DNA of 47,498 bases, taken from IMG/VR virus record IMGVR_UViG_3300022561_000016, positions 1 to 47,498 of that record. One strand, given 5' to 3'. This DNA comes from a virus. Within the stretch, counting starts at the first letter, position 1, and the number at the start of each line of letters is the position of its first letter. The translations under genes were made by a program, and so were the position numbers. The notes under the pieces are model-generated. The model searched no databases and was not told the DNA's origin. It saw nothing but the letters and a program-made list of their open reading frames with translations. Shown here piece by piece: positions 14,736 through 22,729 of this stretch.

Positions 14736-14969
14736 ATGCAGCTATTTGACCGACTACGAACGTGCCTTGAGTTGGAAAGCAAATCGCACAGGCTGTGGGA
14801 TGACGCATTCTCGAACGTGTGTTACGCCAAGCTATCGGAGAAGATGCGCGACGGCTATATCCAAAAGACATACGAAGCGACCCGCCTGCACGCCGAGGCG
14901 CAGCAGAATCTCCGCGATCTTGCGAAAGAGCTGAACGAAATACTCAGCACAGGATATCACCTCGACTAA
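14736..14969 (+). CDS. Hypothetical helical protein
   Basis: ATG at 14736 after GAGGAGGAAC. 77 aa. Confidence 0.5.
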   Translation: MQLFDRLRTCLELESKSHRLWDDAFSNVCYAKLSEKMRDGYIQKTYEATRLHAEAQQNLRDLAKELNEILSTGYHLD

Positions 14970-14972
14970 CAT

Positions 14973-15001
14973 GTGACAGAATGTGACAGGAGCGCTACGA
15001 T
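14973..15001 (+). promoter_or_regulatory. Conserved promoter/operator element copy 1 (GTGACA-17-TACGAT with GAATGTGAC in the spacer)
   Basis: ATGTGACAGAATGTGACAGGAGCGCTACGATA. An inverted copy TCACATTC lies at 15007-15014. Confidence 0.5.
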
Positions 15002-15082
15002 ACTGATCACATTCCTTTGTTGCGTAATCATTCCAAGCGTGGTACGATTGACTCGGTAGAAAGAGAAAGGAGTGAGAAAACG

Positions 15083-15214
15083 ATGCTTTTAAAACCGTGG
15101 TGGGATCGGAAGTCCGCCGCCCACAAAGCAGAGAATTGGCTGGGGGCGTGGCTGTACACCCAGCAAACGTCCCATCGGCGCAAGCCATCGTATACGCGCC
15201 GCAGTCCTCGTTGA
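15083..15214 (+). CDS. Possible 43-aa leader ORF
   Basis: ATG at 15083 after AAAGGAG. Its stop overlaps a TTG (15211) that could start the HTH gene. This is weak evidence. Confidence 0.3.
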   Translation: MLLKPWWDRKSAAHKAENWLGAWLYTQQTSHRRKPSYTRRSPR

Positions 15215-15417
15215 TTGCAGCGCTGACCACTCAGCAAGCCGCCGACGAACTCAAGGTGTCGCGGCGGCGGGTCAACACGCTGATCGCGCTCGGCACGCTG
15301 AAGGCGGAGAAGTTCGGCGCGGCGTGGCAGGTGGAGCGCGAGAGCGTTGAGGCCTACCGGGACAGCCCGCGCAAGGCGGGGCCGAAGGTCAAGAAGAAGA
15401 TCAGTGACGGAATGTGA
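15211..15417 (+). CDS. Excisionase-family HTH protein (paralog of 22888..23124)
   Basis: LTTQQAADELKVSRRRVNTLIALGTLKAEKFGAAWQVERESVEAY. The start is uncertain: TTG at 15211, or upstream as far as 15097. Confidence 0.55.
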   Translation: MIAALTTQQAADELKVSRRRVNTLIALGTLKAEKFGAAWQVERESVEAYRDSPRKAGPKVKKKISDGM

Positions 15418-15431
15418 CGAATTGCTACGAT
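15404..15431 (+). promoter_or_regulatory. Conserved promoter/operator element copy 2 (GTGACG-16-TACGAT)
   Basis: AGTGACGGAATGTGACGAATTGCTACGATA, overlapping the 3' end of the HTH gene. Confidence 0.5.
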
Positions 15432-15457
15432 AAGGATTGACAGTGAAAGGTAATGCA

Positions 15458-15760
15458 ATGACAGCGGAAATTATCGGCCCGTTTGAAGAAAACCGCGTGG
15501 TAGTGAATGGCTGCGCTGTGCCTGGGCTAACTGCGAACCATAGACCTGACGGAACTATCGAGTTGATCATTGATCGCCGGTTGGCAATTGATATTCCCGA
15601 AAGCCTGTTTAACCAAGTTGCATGGCTCGTGGCGAACGCACTGGCTATCGGGGCGGGATATTCATGCCACGGAGAGAACAGTCGAATCGCTAATCCATAT
15701 CAGGTGCGCGTATCTGCGCTTGGAGATGTGCCAGAGCCGCCAGTCACACCATCCGCGTAG
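15458..15760 (+). CDS. Hypothetical protein
   Basis: ATG at 15458 after GAAAGG. 100 aa. Confidence 0.5.
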   Translation: MTAEIIGPFEENRVVVNGCAVPGLTANHRPDGTIELIIDRRLAIDIPESLFNQVAWLVANALAIGAGYSCHGENSRIANPYQVRVSALGDVPEPPVTPSA

Positions 15761-15804
15761 ATAGTAAGTGGTTTTACGGCGAAATCAATCAGCTAATCAA
15801 CGAT

Positions 15805-15835
15805 GCTCGACGCCAGCGTAGAACCAGCGTCGAGC
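15805..15835 (+). other. 9-bp-stem hairpin (GCTCGACGC...GCGTCGAGC)
   Basis: Intergenic, with a 13-nt loop and no U-tract. Confidence 0.35.
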
Positions 15836-15873
15836 GGTGTATCCGAAGCGAATACGAGAGGAATAATACCACA

Positions 15874-16410
15874 ATGGCACAGCGACGACTCTTCGATGTC
15901 AATGGAAACGAAGTCATCCCCGGCGCACGTCCGACGCGCAGCGGGGCAGGGATCGGGGCGGCAATCGACACGGCGCTGAAAATCTTCGCCAGCGTGGCGA
16001 CGCTCATCCTGATCGCAGGCGTCGGCTATATGTGCTGGCCGCAGATTCGTGCGGCGTATTTCGCTGAGGCCGGAGCCGTCACGGTGACGACGCTGCCTCC
16101 CAGCGCGACCGAGCTTGACACGGTGAAGGCGCAGATGCAGCGGCTTGAAGCCGAGCTGCGCGCCGCACGAGCGCAGCAAGCAGATCCGGCGGTGATCGTC
16201 CAGAGCGTCCCAGCGGGGCAAGCGCCGCAGGCCGTGACGATCCCCGCGCCGCAGCCCCAGCCAGCGGTTGACGCGGCGGGGACGGTCGTGGAGGTCGCGC
16301 CACAGCCGATTGTGATCGTGCATCAGGTCAGCGCGGACGGAGCCGCGCAGACCGTTACCGGGTCGGGCGCGTGCCGAGTCTCGCGGGTCGCGGCGCGGTG
16401 CGGGAAGTGA
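15874..16410 (+). CDS. Membrane-anchored coiled-coil / Pro-rich protein
   Basis: One TM segment (IFASVATLILIAGVGYMCW), followed by a coiled coil and a PAPQPQP region. Confidence 0.55.
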   Translation: MAQRRLFDVNGNEVIPGARPTRSGAGIGAAIDTALKIFASVATLILIAGVGYMCWPQIRAAYFAEAGAVTVTTLPPSATELDTVKAQMQRLEAELRAARAQQADPAVIVQSVPAGQAPQAVTIPAPQPQPAVDAAGTVVEVAPQPIVIVHQVSADGAAQTVTGSGACRVSRVAARCGK

Positions 16411-16412
16411 AG

Positions 16413-17072
16413 ATGAAGCCGATATTGTTTAGTGCGCCGATGGTGCGCGCCATCCTCGACGGAAGGAAGACACAGACACGGCGGGTTGTGAAGCCGCAGC
16501 CGACCGTTACCGAAAACGGGTGCCCGCGATGGGGAACCTACGACGGAAGAAAAATGCATATGGTGCCGCGCAGGGCTGGCGGGGGAAGCGCGGTAACAAT
16601 GACCGACCTGATTGGCGAGTACTGTCCCTACGGGCGTGTCGGAGATCAGCTGTGGGTGCGCGAGACGTGGCACCCGTTCGGTACGGGTAAGCATCCAAAC
16701 TGGATGAGCGACCGCGTACTCTATCGCGCCGATAACGAAGGATTGCAGCCGTTCGATGGCTGCGCGAGTCATCCACTGCCGTCGCCGGTTGAATGGAGCG
16801 GGCGGCAAACATCAGCCTGGAAGCCTTCAATCTTCATGCCTCGTTGGGCGTCGCGCCTGACATTGGAGATCACAAGCGTGCGGGTGGAGCAGGTGGCGGA
16901 TATTACAACCAAAGATTGTGCCGCAGAAGGCGTACAACTTGAGCCAGGCCGAGATACCGAGCACTTGAAGCGCGATTTTATCGAACTCTGGGACTCCATC
17001 AACGCGAAGCGCGGATACGGCTGGTCAGCGAATCCGTGGTGCTGGGTTGTTGCGTTCAAGAGGGTGCAATGA
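16413..17072 (+). CDS. ASCH-like domain protein (MKPILFS.PMV.AIL.GRKTQTRR family)
   Basis: The N-terminal MKPILFSAPMVRAILDGRKTQTRRVV signature is common in prophage ASCH-like proteins. Confidence 0.6.
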   Translation: MKPILFSAPMVRAILDGRKTQTRRVVKPQPTVTENGCPRWGTYDGRKMHMVPRRAGGGSAVTMTDLIGEYCPYGRVGDQLWVRETWHPFGTGKHPNWMSDRVLYRADNEGLQPFDGCASHPLPSPVEWSGRQTSAWKPSIFMPRWASRLTLEITSVRVEQVADITTKDCAAEGVQLEPGRDTEHLKRDFIELWDSINAKRGYGWSANPWCWVVAFKRVQ

Positions 17073-17953
17073 TAGGCCGCATCATTCCCGTCGTGCTGAT
17101 TGCCCTGGTCGCTGGCGTGGCATCGTTCGCCCGCCAGCACCAGCTTGCCACCGCAGCACCGGCTCGCCTCGCACCCGCGCCCACCACGGCGCGCGAGGTC
17201 TGGGCGGTGGACTTCCTCGCGGCGCTGGGCAACGTGCAGCCGACGCCCGCGACGGTCGCAATGGTCGTCGCGTGGACGCTGGCAGAGGATAGCGGCGATG
17301 GCGCGTTTGAGCGCAACAACCCGCTCAACACGACGATCTGTGGACACAACTTCGTCGGTGCGATCAATGCCGACGGCGCGTGCGGCGTGGGGCATTACGC
17401 CAGCTATCAGGACGGCGTATCTGCCGCTGTCGATACCGTCACGCAAGCGAACTTTCGCGCGATTGTCGCCGCACTCCAAGCGAACGACGCGGACGGAGCG
17501 AAGCAGGCGCTATGGGCGTCGCCGTGGGCCGAGTCGCACTATGGCTACGGGAGTGACTGGCCGGTGTATCGCGTGGCTGCGCCGCCGGTTGCGCCACGCT
17601 GTCCGCTCGATCCGTGTTGGCAAAGCGGCACCGGCTACAGCGAAGGGCATCCTGGGATCGACCTGGGAGCGTCGGAGGGGCAAAGCGTTTACGCGGTCTT
17701 GGACGGCACGGCTGCGCTGTCGAGTACATGGCCGTGCGGCAATGGCGTGCTGATTACGGCTGGCGGTCGGCAAGTGCTGATGTGCCACCTGAGCGCGTTC
17801 ACGGTCGCCGATGGCGCGACTGTGCGGGCGGGCGATGTGGTGGCCCTCGCTGGGAGCACCGGACAAAGCACCGGCCCGCATGTGCATTTCGAACTGCGCG
17901 AAGACGGCGTGAGTATCGATCCGCGTGACCTATTACAAGGAGCATTGACATGA
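17069..17953 (+). CDS. Signal-anchored M23 (LytM-type) peptidoglycan metallopeptidase
   Basis: N-terminal TM segment IIPVVLIALVAGVASF. The C-terminus has HPGIDL...GDVVALAGSTGQSTGPHVHFE (HxxxD and HxH motifs). Confidence 0.85.
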   Translation: MIGRIIPVVLIALVAGVASFARQHQLATAAPARLAPAPTTAREVWAVDFLAALGNVQPTPATVAMVVAWTLAEDSGDGAFERNNPLNTTICGHNFVGAINADGACGVGHYASYQDGVSAAVDTVTQANFRAIVAALQANDADGAKQALWASPWAESHYGYGSDWPVYRVAAPPVAPRCPLDPCWQSGTGYSEGHPGIDLGASEGQSVYAVLDGTAALSSTWPCGNGVLITAGGRQVLMCHLSAFTVADGATVRAGDVVALAGSTGQSTGPHVHFELREDGVSIDPRDLLQGALT

Positions 17954-18378
17954 TCATTGGCTGGGTTGTCCTCGGTGCTGTCCTCGTCGCGCTCATCGTC
18001 GGCTTCGCGCTGGCGCCGCGCTCGTCGTCGGCAGCAGTGTATGACGATGATGATGATGAGCAGCAAGAAGACGAGCCGCCCGCGCGCCACACCCGCACGT
18101 TCTTCCCTGGCTACCATTATCGCTGGGAACAGATCGCGCCGTTCTTGTGGGCGCTTGGCTACACGCGCAACGAGGCGGATGCCATGTATACGCGCGGATT
18201 TGTCGAAGTGTGGCGCAATGGATTTTATGCCGAGTTTGACGCAACACTTGGTATGGCAGATCGAGCTGATGGCGAGCCAATGTTCGCCTGTCATGGCTTC
18301 GACTCGCGGGCGGATACTGAGCATGTGGACATTTGGGATCGCGCTCCTGACGCGCACGCATTGGAGGCCTATCGATGA
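17950..18378 (+). CDS. Single-pass membrane protein with acidic linker
   Basis: TM segment IIGWVVLGAVLVALIVGFAL followed by DDDDDEQQEDE. Confidence 0.55.
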   Translation: MIIGWVVLGAVLVALIVGFALAPRSSSAAVYDDDDDEQQEDEPPARHTRTFFPGYHYRWEQIAPFLWALGYTRNEADAMYTRGFVEVWRNGFYAEFDATLGMADRADGEPMFACHGFDSRADTEHVDIWDRAPDAHALEAYR

Positions 18379-18578
18379 CTATTGACTTCGCTTTCCTCAT
18401 CATTGACTTCGCTCTCTTCATCGTCGTCGCCGCGTTCGTCGTGTGCATCGCAGTGGCGCTACGTAAGCCGCGAGGGAACCCCTACGCCGCGCACGATGCG
18501 TTCGTTGAGTCGGAGCTGGCGCAGCTGCGGGCCGCTGGGATTAAGCCGAGCGGGGATATATGGAAGGATTTGATATGA
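18375..18578 (+). CDS. Small membrane protein
   Basis: Hydrophobic N-terminus encoded by a 21-bp tandem duplication (18381-18401 and 18402-18422: IDFAFLI / IDFALFI). Confidence 0.5.
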   Translation: MTIDFAFLIIDFALFIVVAAFVVCIAVALRKPRGNPYAAHDAFVESELAQLRAAGIKPSGDIWKDLI

Positions 18579-19252
18579 TGCACTATTGGACGAGGCGGCG
18601 CAAGATCAGCCTCGCTATTCACGTCGCGTTCGTGCTGGTGCCGTTCTCGCTGTCAACGGCATCCGCGCTGCTGTTCTGGTATGCGATGTTCGGCGGCTGG
18701 TGGCTGGCGGTGCCAATGGTCGCGGTGATCGAGGTGCTGTCGCTGGTTGGCTTGGTTCTGTTCCTGACGAAGATCGAGTCGCCGTTTGTGCAGCTGCGGC
18801 ACTTGCTACCGTTCATTTCCATCGTGCCGCTCGGACGAGAGTTGTACTTGCTCTTGCAGCACAACCCGCCAGTGATCGCATGGTCGCTGACAGTGGTCGC
18901 CACGCTGGTGCTGGTCGTCATCGCGTGGCAGTGCTTCAGGACAATCGAGCGACTGTTCATTGATCCGATGGAGGCAGCACGCGAGCACGCGCACGAGCAG
19001 GTGGCGGAGTTCCGGCTGAAACTGACCCAGCACGAAGAAATGAGTTTGATAGTGGACGACTTCATGCGCGAGCGCATGAACTATCACGGCACTATCACGA
19101 CAGTCCAGCCACTCGCATTTGAGAGTACCGCGCCAGCGCTCTCACTCTCAAAGACAGCGCGCGTGAGAGCGCTGGCGCAGTCAAGTGGCAGGAGTGAAAG
19201 CACGGTCTGGCGCGGCGTGAAAGACGGCACTATCAGCCTCGAAGGAGCATAG
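18575..19252 (+). CDS. Polytopic membrane protein with C-terminal HTH-like tail
   Basis: About 4 TM segments, then LSKTARVRALAQSSGRSESTVWRGVKDG. ATGA overlap at 18575. Confidence 0.55.
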   Translation: MMHYWTRRRKISLAIHVAFVLVPFSLSTASALLFWYAMFGGWWLAVPMVAVIEVLSLVGLVLFLTKIESPFVQLRHLLPFISIVPLGRELYLLLQHNPPVIAWSLTVVATLVLVVIAWQCFRTIERLFIDPMEAAREHAHEQVAEFRLKLTQHEEMSLIVDDFMRERMNYHGTITTVQPLAFESTAPALSLSKTARVRALAQSSGRSESTVWRGVKDGTISLEGA

Positions 19253-19254
19253 AC

Positions 19255-19725
19255 ATGGCAGTAACAACAGCACCACTGGTCACCCCGCGCGCGAAAGAGA
19301 GCGCCGTCGTGCGCCGCGCTACGCTGCGAAAGCAGCGCGGAAAGGTTGAGCGTGCGACCGCTTGGATCGTGTTGTTCGTGTCGGCTCTCGGCACCATAGC
19401 GACATTCGCAGGCGGATGGGAACCGCTTATCGCCAGCATCCGCGCCCTGCGGCCGAACTGGGCCGCGATTGCGGGCGGCGTTGGCGCACAGGCGCTGCTC
19501 ACGTTCCTCGAATGGCACTACTACGATGTGCCGCTCGTATCGTGGCCTGCGCGGTTTTTTGACACCATCCTGACCGCGCTTGGCTACGGGCCGCTGGTGG
19601 CTGCGCTGCTGATTGGCATTCTCACGACGCGAAATGCCCCGTTGCCTTTTCAGCTCGCGTGGGGTATTATTATTCTTGTATCGTTTTTGATCGCCTACTA
19701 CCCTGAAAGCCGCCTAGTTGAGTAA
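19255..19725 (+). CDS. Polytopic membrane protein
   Basis: Basic N-terminus followed by about 4 TM segments. Confidence 0.55.
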   Translation: MAVTTAPLVTPRAKESAVVRRATLRKQRGKVERATAWIVLFVSALGTIATFAGGWEPLIASIRALRPNWAAIAGGVGAQALLTFLEWHYYDVPLVSWPARFFDTILTALGYGPLVAALLIGILTTRNAPLPFQLAWGIIILVSFLIAYYPESRLVE

Positions 19726-19739
19726 TCGGAGATTGCCCG

Positions 19740-20285
19740 ATGACACAAGATGATGTGTTAAATACCGTCGTGCTGCTTATCGTGATCGGCGCGCTTGTGG
19801 TCGGGCTGCTCTCTATGCTGATCGGTAAGATCGTTGATGCCTGGGATGTATTCGCGGCGTGGTGGGGGGCGGGTGTGCAGAAGGCAATCCACACGCGACC
19901 GAGCGATATGTCAAGCAGGCGCGTGTGGATTTCGTCATATGAAGACGAAGAACCCGACGAACCGCGTTCAAGCGAATTTCCGCTACTGAACGGCGTAGAA
20001 CCACAATTAGAACGTTCCGTGAACCCGCCAGAACTGGCGTTGAACGCGGCGGAAATGGCAGCGATCCAGCGCATGATCGTACATAATAAAACAGCGGCCA
20101 AACCGTCAAAGTCCAGCACGATCCATGCAGGCTTTGGCGTATCGCGCGGTGGAAGCGCAGCGTACATTCGCGCCAGCCTGATCTATGACACGCTGTTTGT
20201 CCCACCAGCACCTACTGTCCGATATGTACAGCGCACGCCAGAGCAAGATGCTCTTCGTGATCAATTAGGCATAGCAAGACCCTAG
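19740..20285 (+). CDS. Single-pass membrane protein with C-terminal HTH-like segment
   Basis: TM segment VVLLIVIGALVVGLLSMLIG. The C-terminus has SKSSTIHAGFGVSRGGSAAYIRA. Confidence 0.55.
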   Translation: MTQDDVLNTVVLLIVIGALVVGLLSMLIGKIVDAWDVFAAWWGAGVQKAIHTRPSDMSSRRVWISSYEDEEPDEPRSSEFPLLNGVEPQLERSVNPPELALNAAEMAAIQRMIVHNKTAAKPSKSSTIHAGFGVSRGGSAAYIRASLIYDTLFVPPAPTVRYVQRTPEQDALRDQLGIARP

Positions 20286-20309
20286 CCCCACCACCTCCCC
20301 ATCCTACCG

Positions 20310-20335
20310 AGCGCCTGAGCAGTCAGGCGCTTTTT
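20310..20335 (+). terminator. Rho-independent terminator
   Basis: AGCGCCTGA-GCAG-TCAGGCGCT followed by TTTT. Confidence 0.8.
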
Positions 20336-20338
20336 GGT

Positions 20339-20367
20339 GTGACAAGAATGTGGCATTTCGCTACGAT
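20339..20367 (+). promoter_or_regulatory. Conserved promoter/operator element copy 3 (GTGACA-17-TACGAT)
   Basis: TGTGACAAGAATGTGGCATTTCGCTACGATA. Confidence 0.5.
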
Positions 20368-20385
20368 ATTGCAATAAATCTCTGC

Positions 20386-20413
20386 TTGCAATGCAAGCAT
20401 TGTGTGCTATGAT
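20386..20413 (+). promoter_or_regulatory. Sigma70-type promoter with extended -10 (TTGCAA-16-TGcTATGAT)
   Basis: TTGCAA at 20386-20391 and TATGAT at 20408-20413, preceded by TGC. The palindrome GCTTGCAaTGCAAGC overlaps the -35. Confidence 0.55.
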
Positions 20414-20474
20414 ATGCACATCGGTAGGGCAAAGTAGTACAGAGAAGCGCCCGATGCGGCGCGGAAAGGCCACT

Positions 20475-20972
20475 ATGAAGATCGTTCACACGTATCTGCT
20501 GGACATCGACTCCGAGGACGGCATCCCCGTGCTGACCGACGAGGAAGTACGGGCGAAGGCTCGCCCAGTCCGTGTGTCGGTTACGCGTCTCTCAGTCGAT
20601 CATCGAATGGATGGGTTTTGGCCGGAATCCAAGTGGTTCCAGTTTTGCGTTAACGATGTCGTCTTTGACGAGGAAGTCTCCGCCGACGAAGCGCGGATTA
20701 TCGCGTGGCGCACCGTCGCAGGGCGGCGTGCCGACCGCTATCAAATCAAGCCGAACGCCCTGCACGCACTCGCCAAGGCGGTGCTGCGAAACAAGGGCTA
20801 CCACTCGCCATCGAATGGTCGCGTCGTATCCTTCGACGGCGAGGGAGCCGTGGAATGGGCGGGGCGTACATGGCTCGTGCGCGGCTTCGGCCCGCAAGGC
20901 ACGCCGGAGTACGTCAGCAGCGATGGCGGTATCAAGTGTATCTCGGATCGCGGCGAGGTCATCTTCGTGTAA
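20475..20972 (+). CDS. Hypothetical protein in an insulated cassette
   Basis: ATG at 20475 after GAAAGG. 165 aa with no recognisable motif. Confidence 0.55.
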   Translation: MKIVHTYLLDIDSEDGIPVLTDEEVRAKARPVRVSVTRLSVDHRMDGFWPESKWFQFCVNDVVFDEEVSADEARIIAWRTVAGRRADRYQIKPNALHALAKAVLRNKGYHSPSNGRVVSFDGEGAVEWAGRTWLVRGFGPQGTPEYVSSDGGIKCISDRGEVIFV

Positions 20973-20996
20973 TCCCGCCCGCCCGCCGCCCACGCA

Positions 20997-21020
20997 ACGC
21001 CGCGCTAATCAGCGCGGCGT
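20997..21020 (+). terminator. 10-bp GC stem-loop after the cassette gene
   Basis: ACGCCGCGCT-AATC-AGCGCGGCGT. No U-tract. Confidence 0.4.
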
Positions 21021-21042
21021 AGGATAGCAAGGAGCTACGCTG

Positions 21043-21408
21043 ATGGCACAGATGAGTATTCGGATGGATGCGGATCAGTACGCCCGCATCCAGTCCGCCG
21101 CGAGGAGCAGCGGCAATTCGATGGAGAGCTGGGCGCGCGACCTGCTCCTCGCGGCGGCGCTCGCACCGGCGACCCCGGAGCGCTACGGCATCCACGGGCG
21201 CGTGCCGGGGCGGGTCACGCTCAAGCGCTTCGGGGCGCGCCCGAACGAGACGGTTGTGTCGGGCGAGGGTTGGACGTTGGACGCAGCGGATGCCGTCAAG
21301 GAGGCGGAGGAGCTGGTGCGGCGGAACGAGCCGGGGGATCGCGAAAGCGCGGTCACGCTGCTCAAGGCGCACTTCGAGATCGTGGTGGAGATGGGGTTGA
21401 GTTCGTAG
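21043..21408 (+). CDS. Protein with N-terminal RHH-like (antitoxin/Arc-like) segment
   Basis: MSIRMDADQYARIQSAARSSGNSMESWARDLLL. AAGGAG lies upstream. Confidence 0.5.
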   Translation: MAQMSIRMDADQYARIQSAARSSGNSMESWARDLLLAAALAPATPERYGIHGRVPGRVTLKRFGARPNETVVSGEGWTLDAADAVKEAEELVRRNEPGDRESAVTLLKAHFEIVVEMGLSS

Positions 21409-21455
21409 CAGCAGCAGAGCACGTCAATGCGGCGTGCCGAATAAGGAGAGAGACA

Positions 21456-21731
21456 ATGAACGCACAAAACCTGTACGACCGCCGCGACGAGTTCGGCGAA
21501 ATCGATGGTAGGGATCTGCACGCGCTGTTCGAGGCCGTCTGCGGCGAGCCTAGCCCCGCCGGACGCACGCCGATTGACGCGACCGCGCTGGCTGCCTATG
21601 CGGCGGAGCGCCGCGCTACCTACGCTGCGCACGTCGACAGCGGTGGGGTTGGCGGTCGTGACCTGCTTGACGTGGCGGATTTTTGCGAGGCGCGGCTGGC
21701 CGCGCAGCACCTTGAGATCATGGGGGTGTGA
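21456..21731 (+). CDS. Hypothetical protein
   Basis: ATG at 21456 after AAGGAGAG. 91 aa. Confidence 0.5.
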   Translation: MNAQNLYDRRDEFGEIDGRDLHALFEAVCGEPSPAGRTPIDATALAAYAAERRATYAAHVDSGGVGGRDLLDVADFCEARLAAQHLEIMGV

Positions 21732-21732
21732 A

Positions 21733-22011
21733 ATGATTATTATGATTAGCGAAGGCATCCGGCGCGTCATTGCCGAGAAGGCCGCAGAGCAGGCCCGCAG
21801 CGGGCGGCGCTACGATGAATGGTTCGTGGTCAACGGTACGACCGTGGCGCACAAAGCGCGCTATGCGCCCGCGGCGCCGTGGGACGCCGCCGCCCACGTG
21901 ATCGGGGTTGACCAATTAATGAAGTATTACGCGGTGAATGTCGGCGGTAGTGCAGTCGAATGCGTGCCGGACTGCTATGATGCGACGCAGTACGAGGCGT
22001 GGATAGCGTGA
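21733..22011 (+). CDS. Hypothetical protein
   Basis: ATG at 21733. 92 aa. The last gene of the plus arm. Confidence 0.5.
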   Translation: MIIMISEGIRRVIAEKAAEQARSGRRYDEWFVVNGTTVAHKARYAPAAPWDAAAHVIGVDQLMKYYAVNVGGSAVECVPDCYDATQYEAWIA

Positions 22012-22037
22012 TCGCATATTAGGCCCCCAGCCCCCAC

Positions 22038-22063
22038 GCCCCGCCGGGACATCCCGGCGGGGC
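22038..22063. terminator. Bidirectional GC stem-loop between convergent arms
   Basis: GCCCCGCCGGG-ACAT-CCCGGCGGGGC, an 11-bp stem between the stops at 22011 (+) and 22070 (-). Confidence 0.5.
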
Positions 22064-22069
22064 ATCGCT

Positions 22070-22729
22070 TTACCCCGCCCGCCCGACGACCTGTAGCCAG
22101 ACCGTCGCCGCCCCGCCTGCCGTGGACACCCACAGCTTCGGCCCTGGCACGAAGCCCTGCGTGTGTGTCTCGACGCCGGGCGCTTGCGTATTCAGAGTCA
22201 AAAAATACGGAGCCGCCTCGGTGCCAGCGCGCACCTTGACGTTCGCCGCGCCCGCTGACGCCGCGAGGCGGATCAGGTACGCCGCCGCCGGTGGTACGCC
22301 GAACGTCGCGGGAATGTCGATGAGCACGCCGCCGCCGAACACGCGCCCGCTCCAGTCTGGCGACACCATCGGCGCATCGAACAGCGCCACGCCGCCCGCG
22401 CCCGGCACGCCCGGCACGCCCGGCGCCCCTTGCTGCCCCGCTGCGAACGGGACGTAGGCGGTGATCCGATAGCGCGGCGGCGTAGCGTGCGAGCCGGTTT
22501 CCTTGTTGCCGACCGCCCACAGCCCCACGAGCGGGTTGCATTCGAGCGCCGGTCGCCCGCTGCCGGGGAGTGAGAGCACCTCGGTGGTGCTGCCGTCCGG
22601 CGTGACCATGACGACCGTGCCCGCGTCGTTCTGCTTCTGGAAGGCGTAGAAGACATTGCCGTGCGCGTCCTCAGCTGAGAACGCGTTCGCGCCGGTGTAG
22701 CGCGTGATGGTGCTAGGAAGTGCTGTCAT
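22070..22729 (-). CDS. Collagen-like-repeat protein (possible fibre or surface protein)
   Basis: GQQGAPGVPGVPGAG is 5 Gly-X-Y triplets (nt 22391-22438) between two beta-rich domains. GGAG lies upstream. It is a lone minus-strand gene. Confidence 0.6.
   Translation of the reverse strand: MTALPSTITRYTGANAFSAEDAHGNVFYAFQKQNDAGTVVMVTPDGSTTEVLSLPGSGRPALECNPLVGLWAVGNKETGSHATPPRYRITAYVPFAAGQQGAPGVPGVPGAGGVALFDAPMVSPDWSGRVFGGGVLIDIPATFGVPPAAAYLIRLAASAGAANVKVRAGTEAAPYFLTLNTQAPGVETHTQGFVPGPKLWVSTAGGAATVWLQVVGRAG

Noticed and set aside
13856-14782. 308-aa minus-strand ORF. Similar long antisense ORFs occur at 9248..10060, 5803..6330, 16769..17479, 17689..18357, 31085..32026, 32372..33298, 44865..45746 and 45914..46984.
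   Set aside because: All are antisense to motif-supported genes, rich in Arg/Pro/Gly/Ala, and lack SD or coupling signals. They are typical stop-poor shadow frames of high-GC DNA.
15097-15417. The 106-aa long form of the HTH ORF.
   Set aside because: The N-terminal 38 residues are low complexity and overlap a better-supported short ORF with a strong SD (15083). The paralog at 22888 begins right at the HTH, so a TTG start at 15211 seems more likely. The start remains uncertain.
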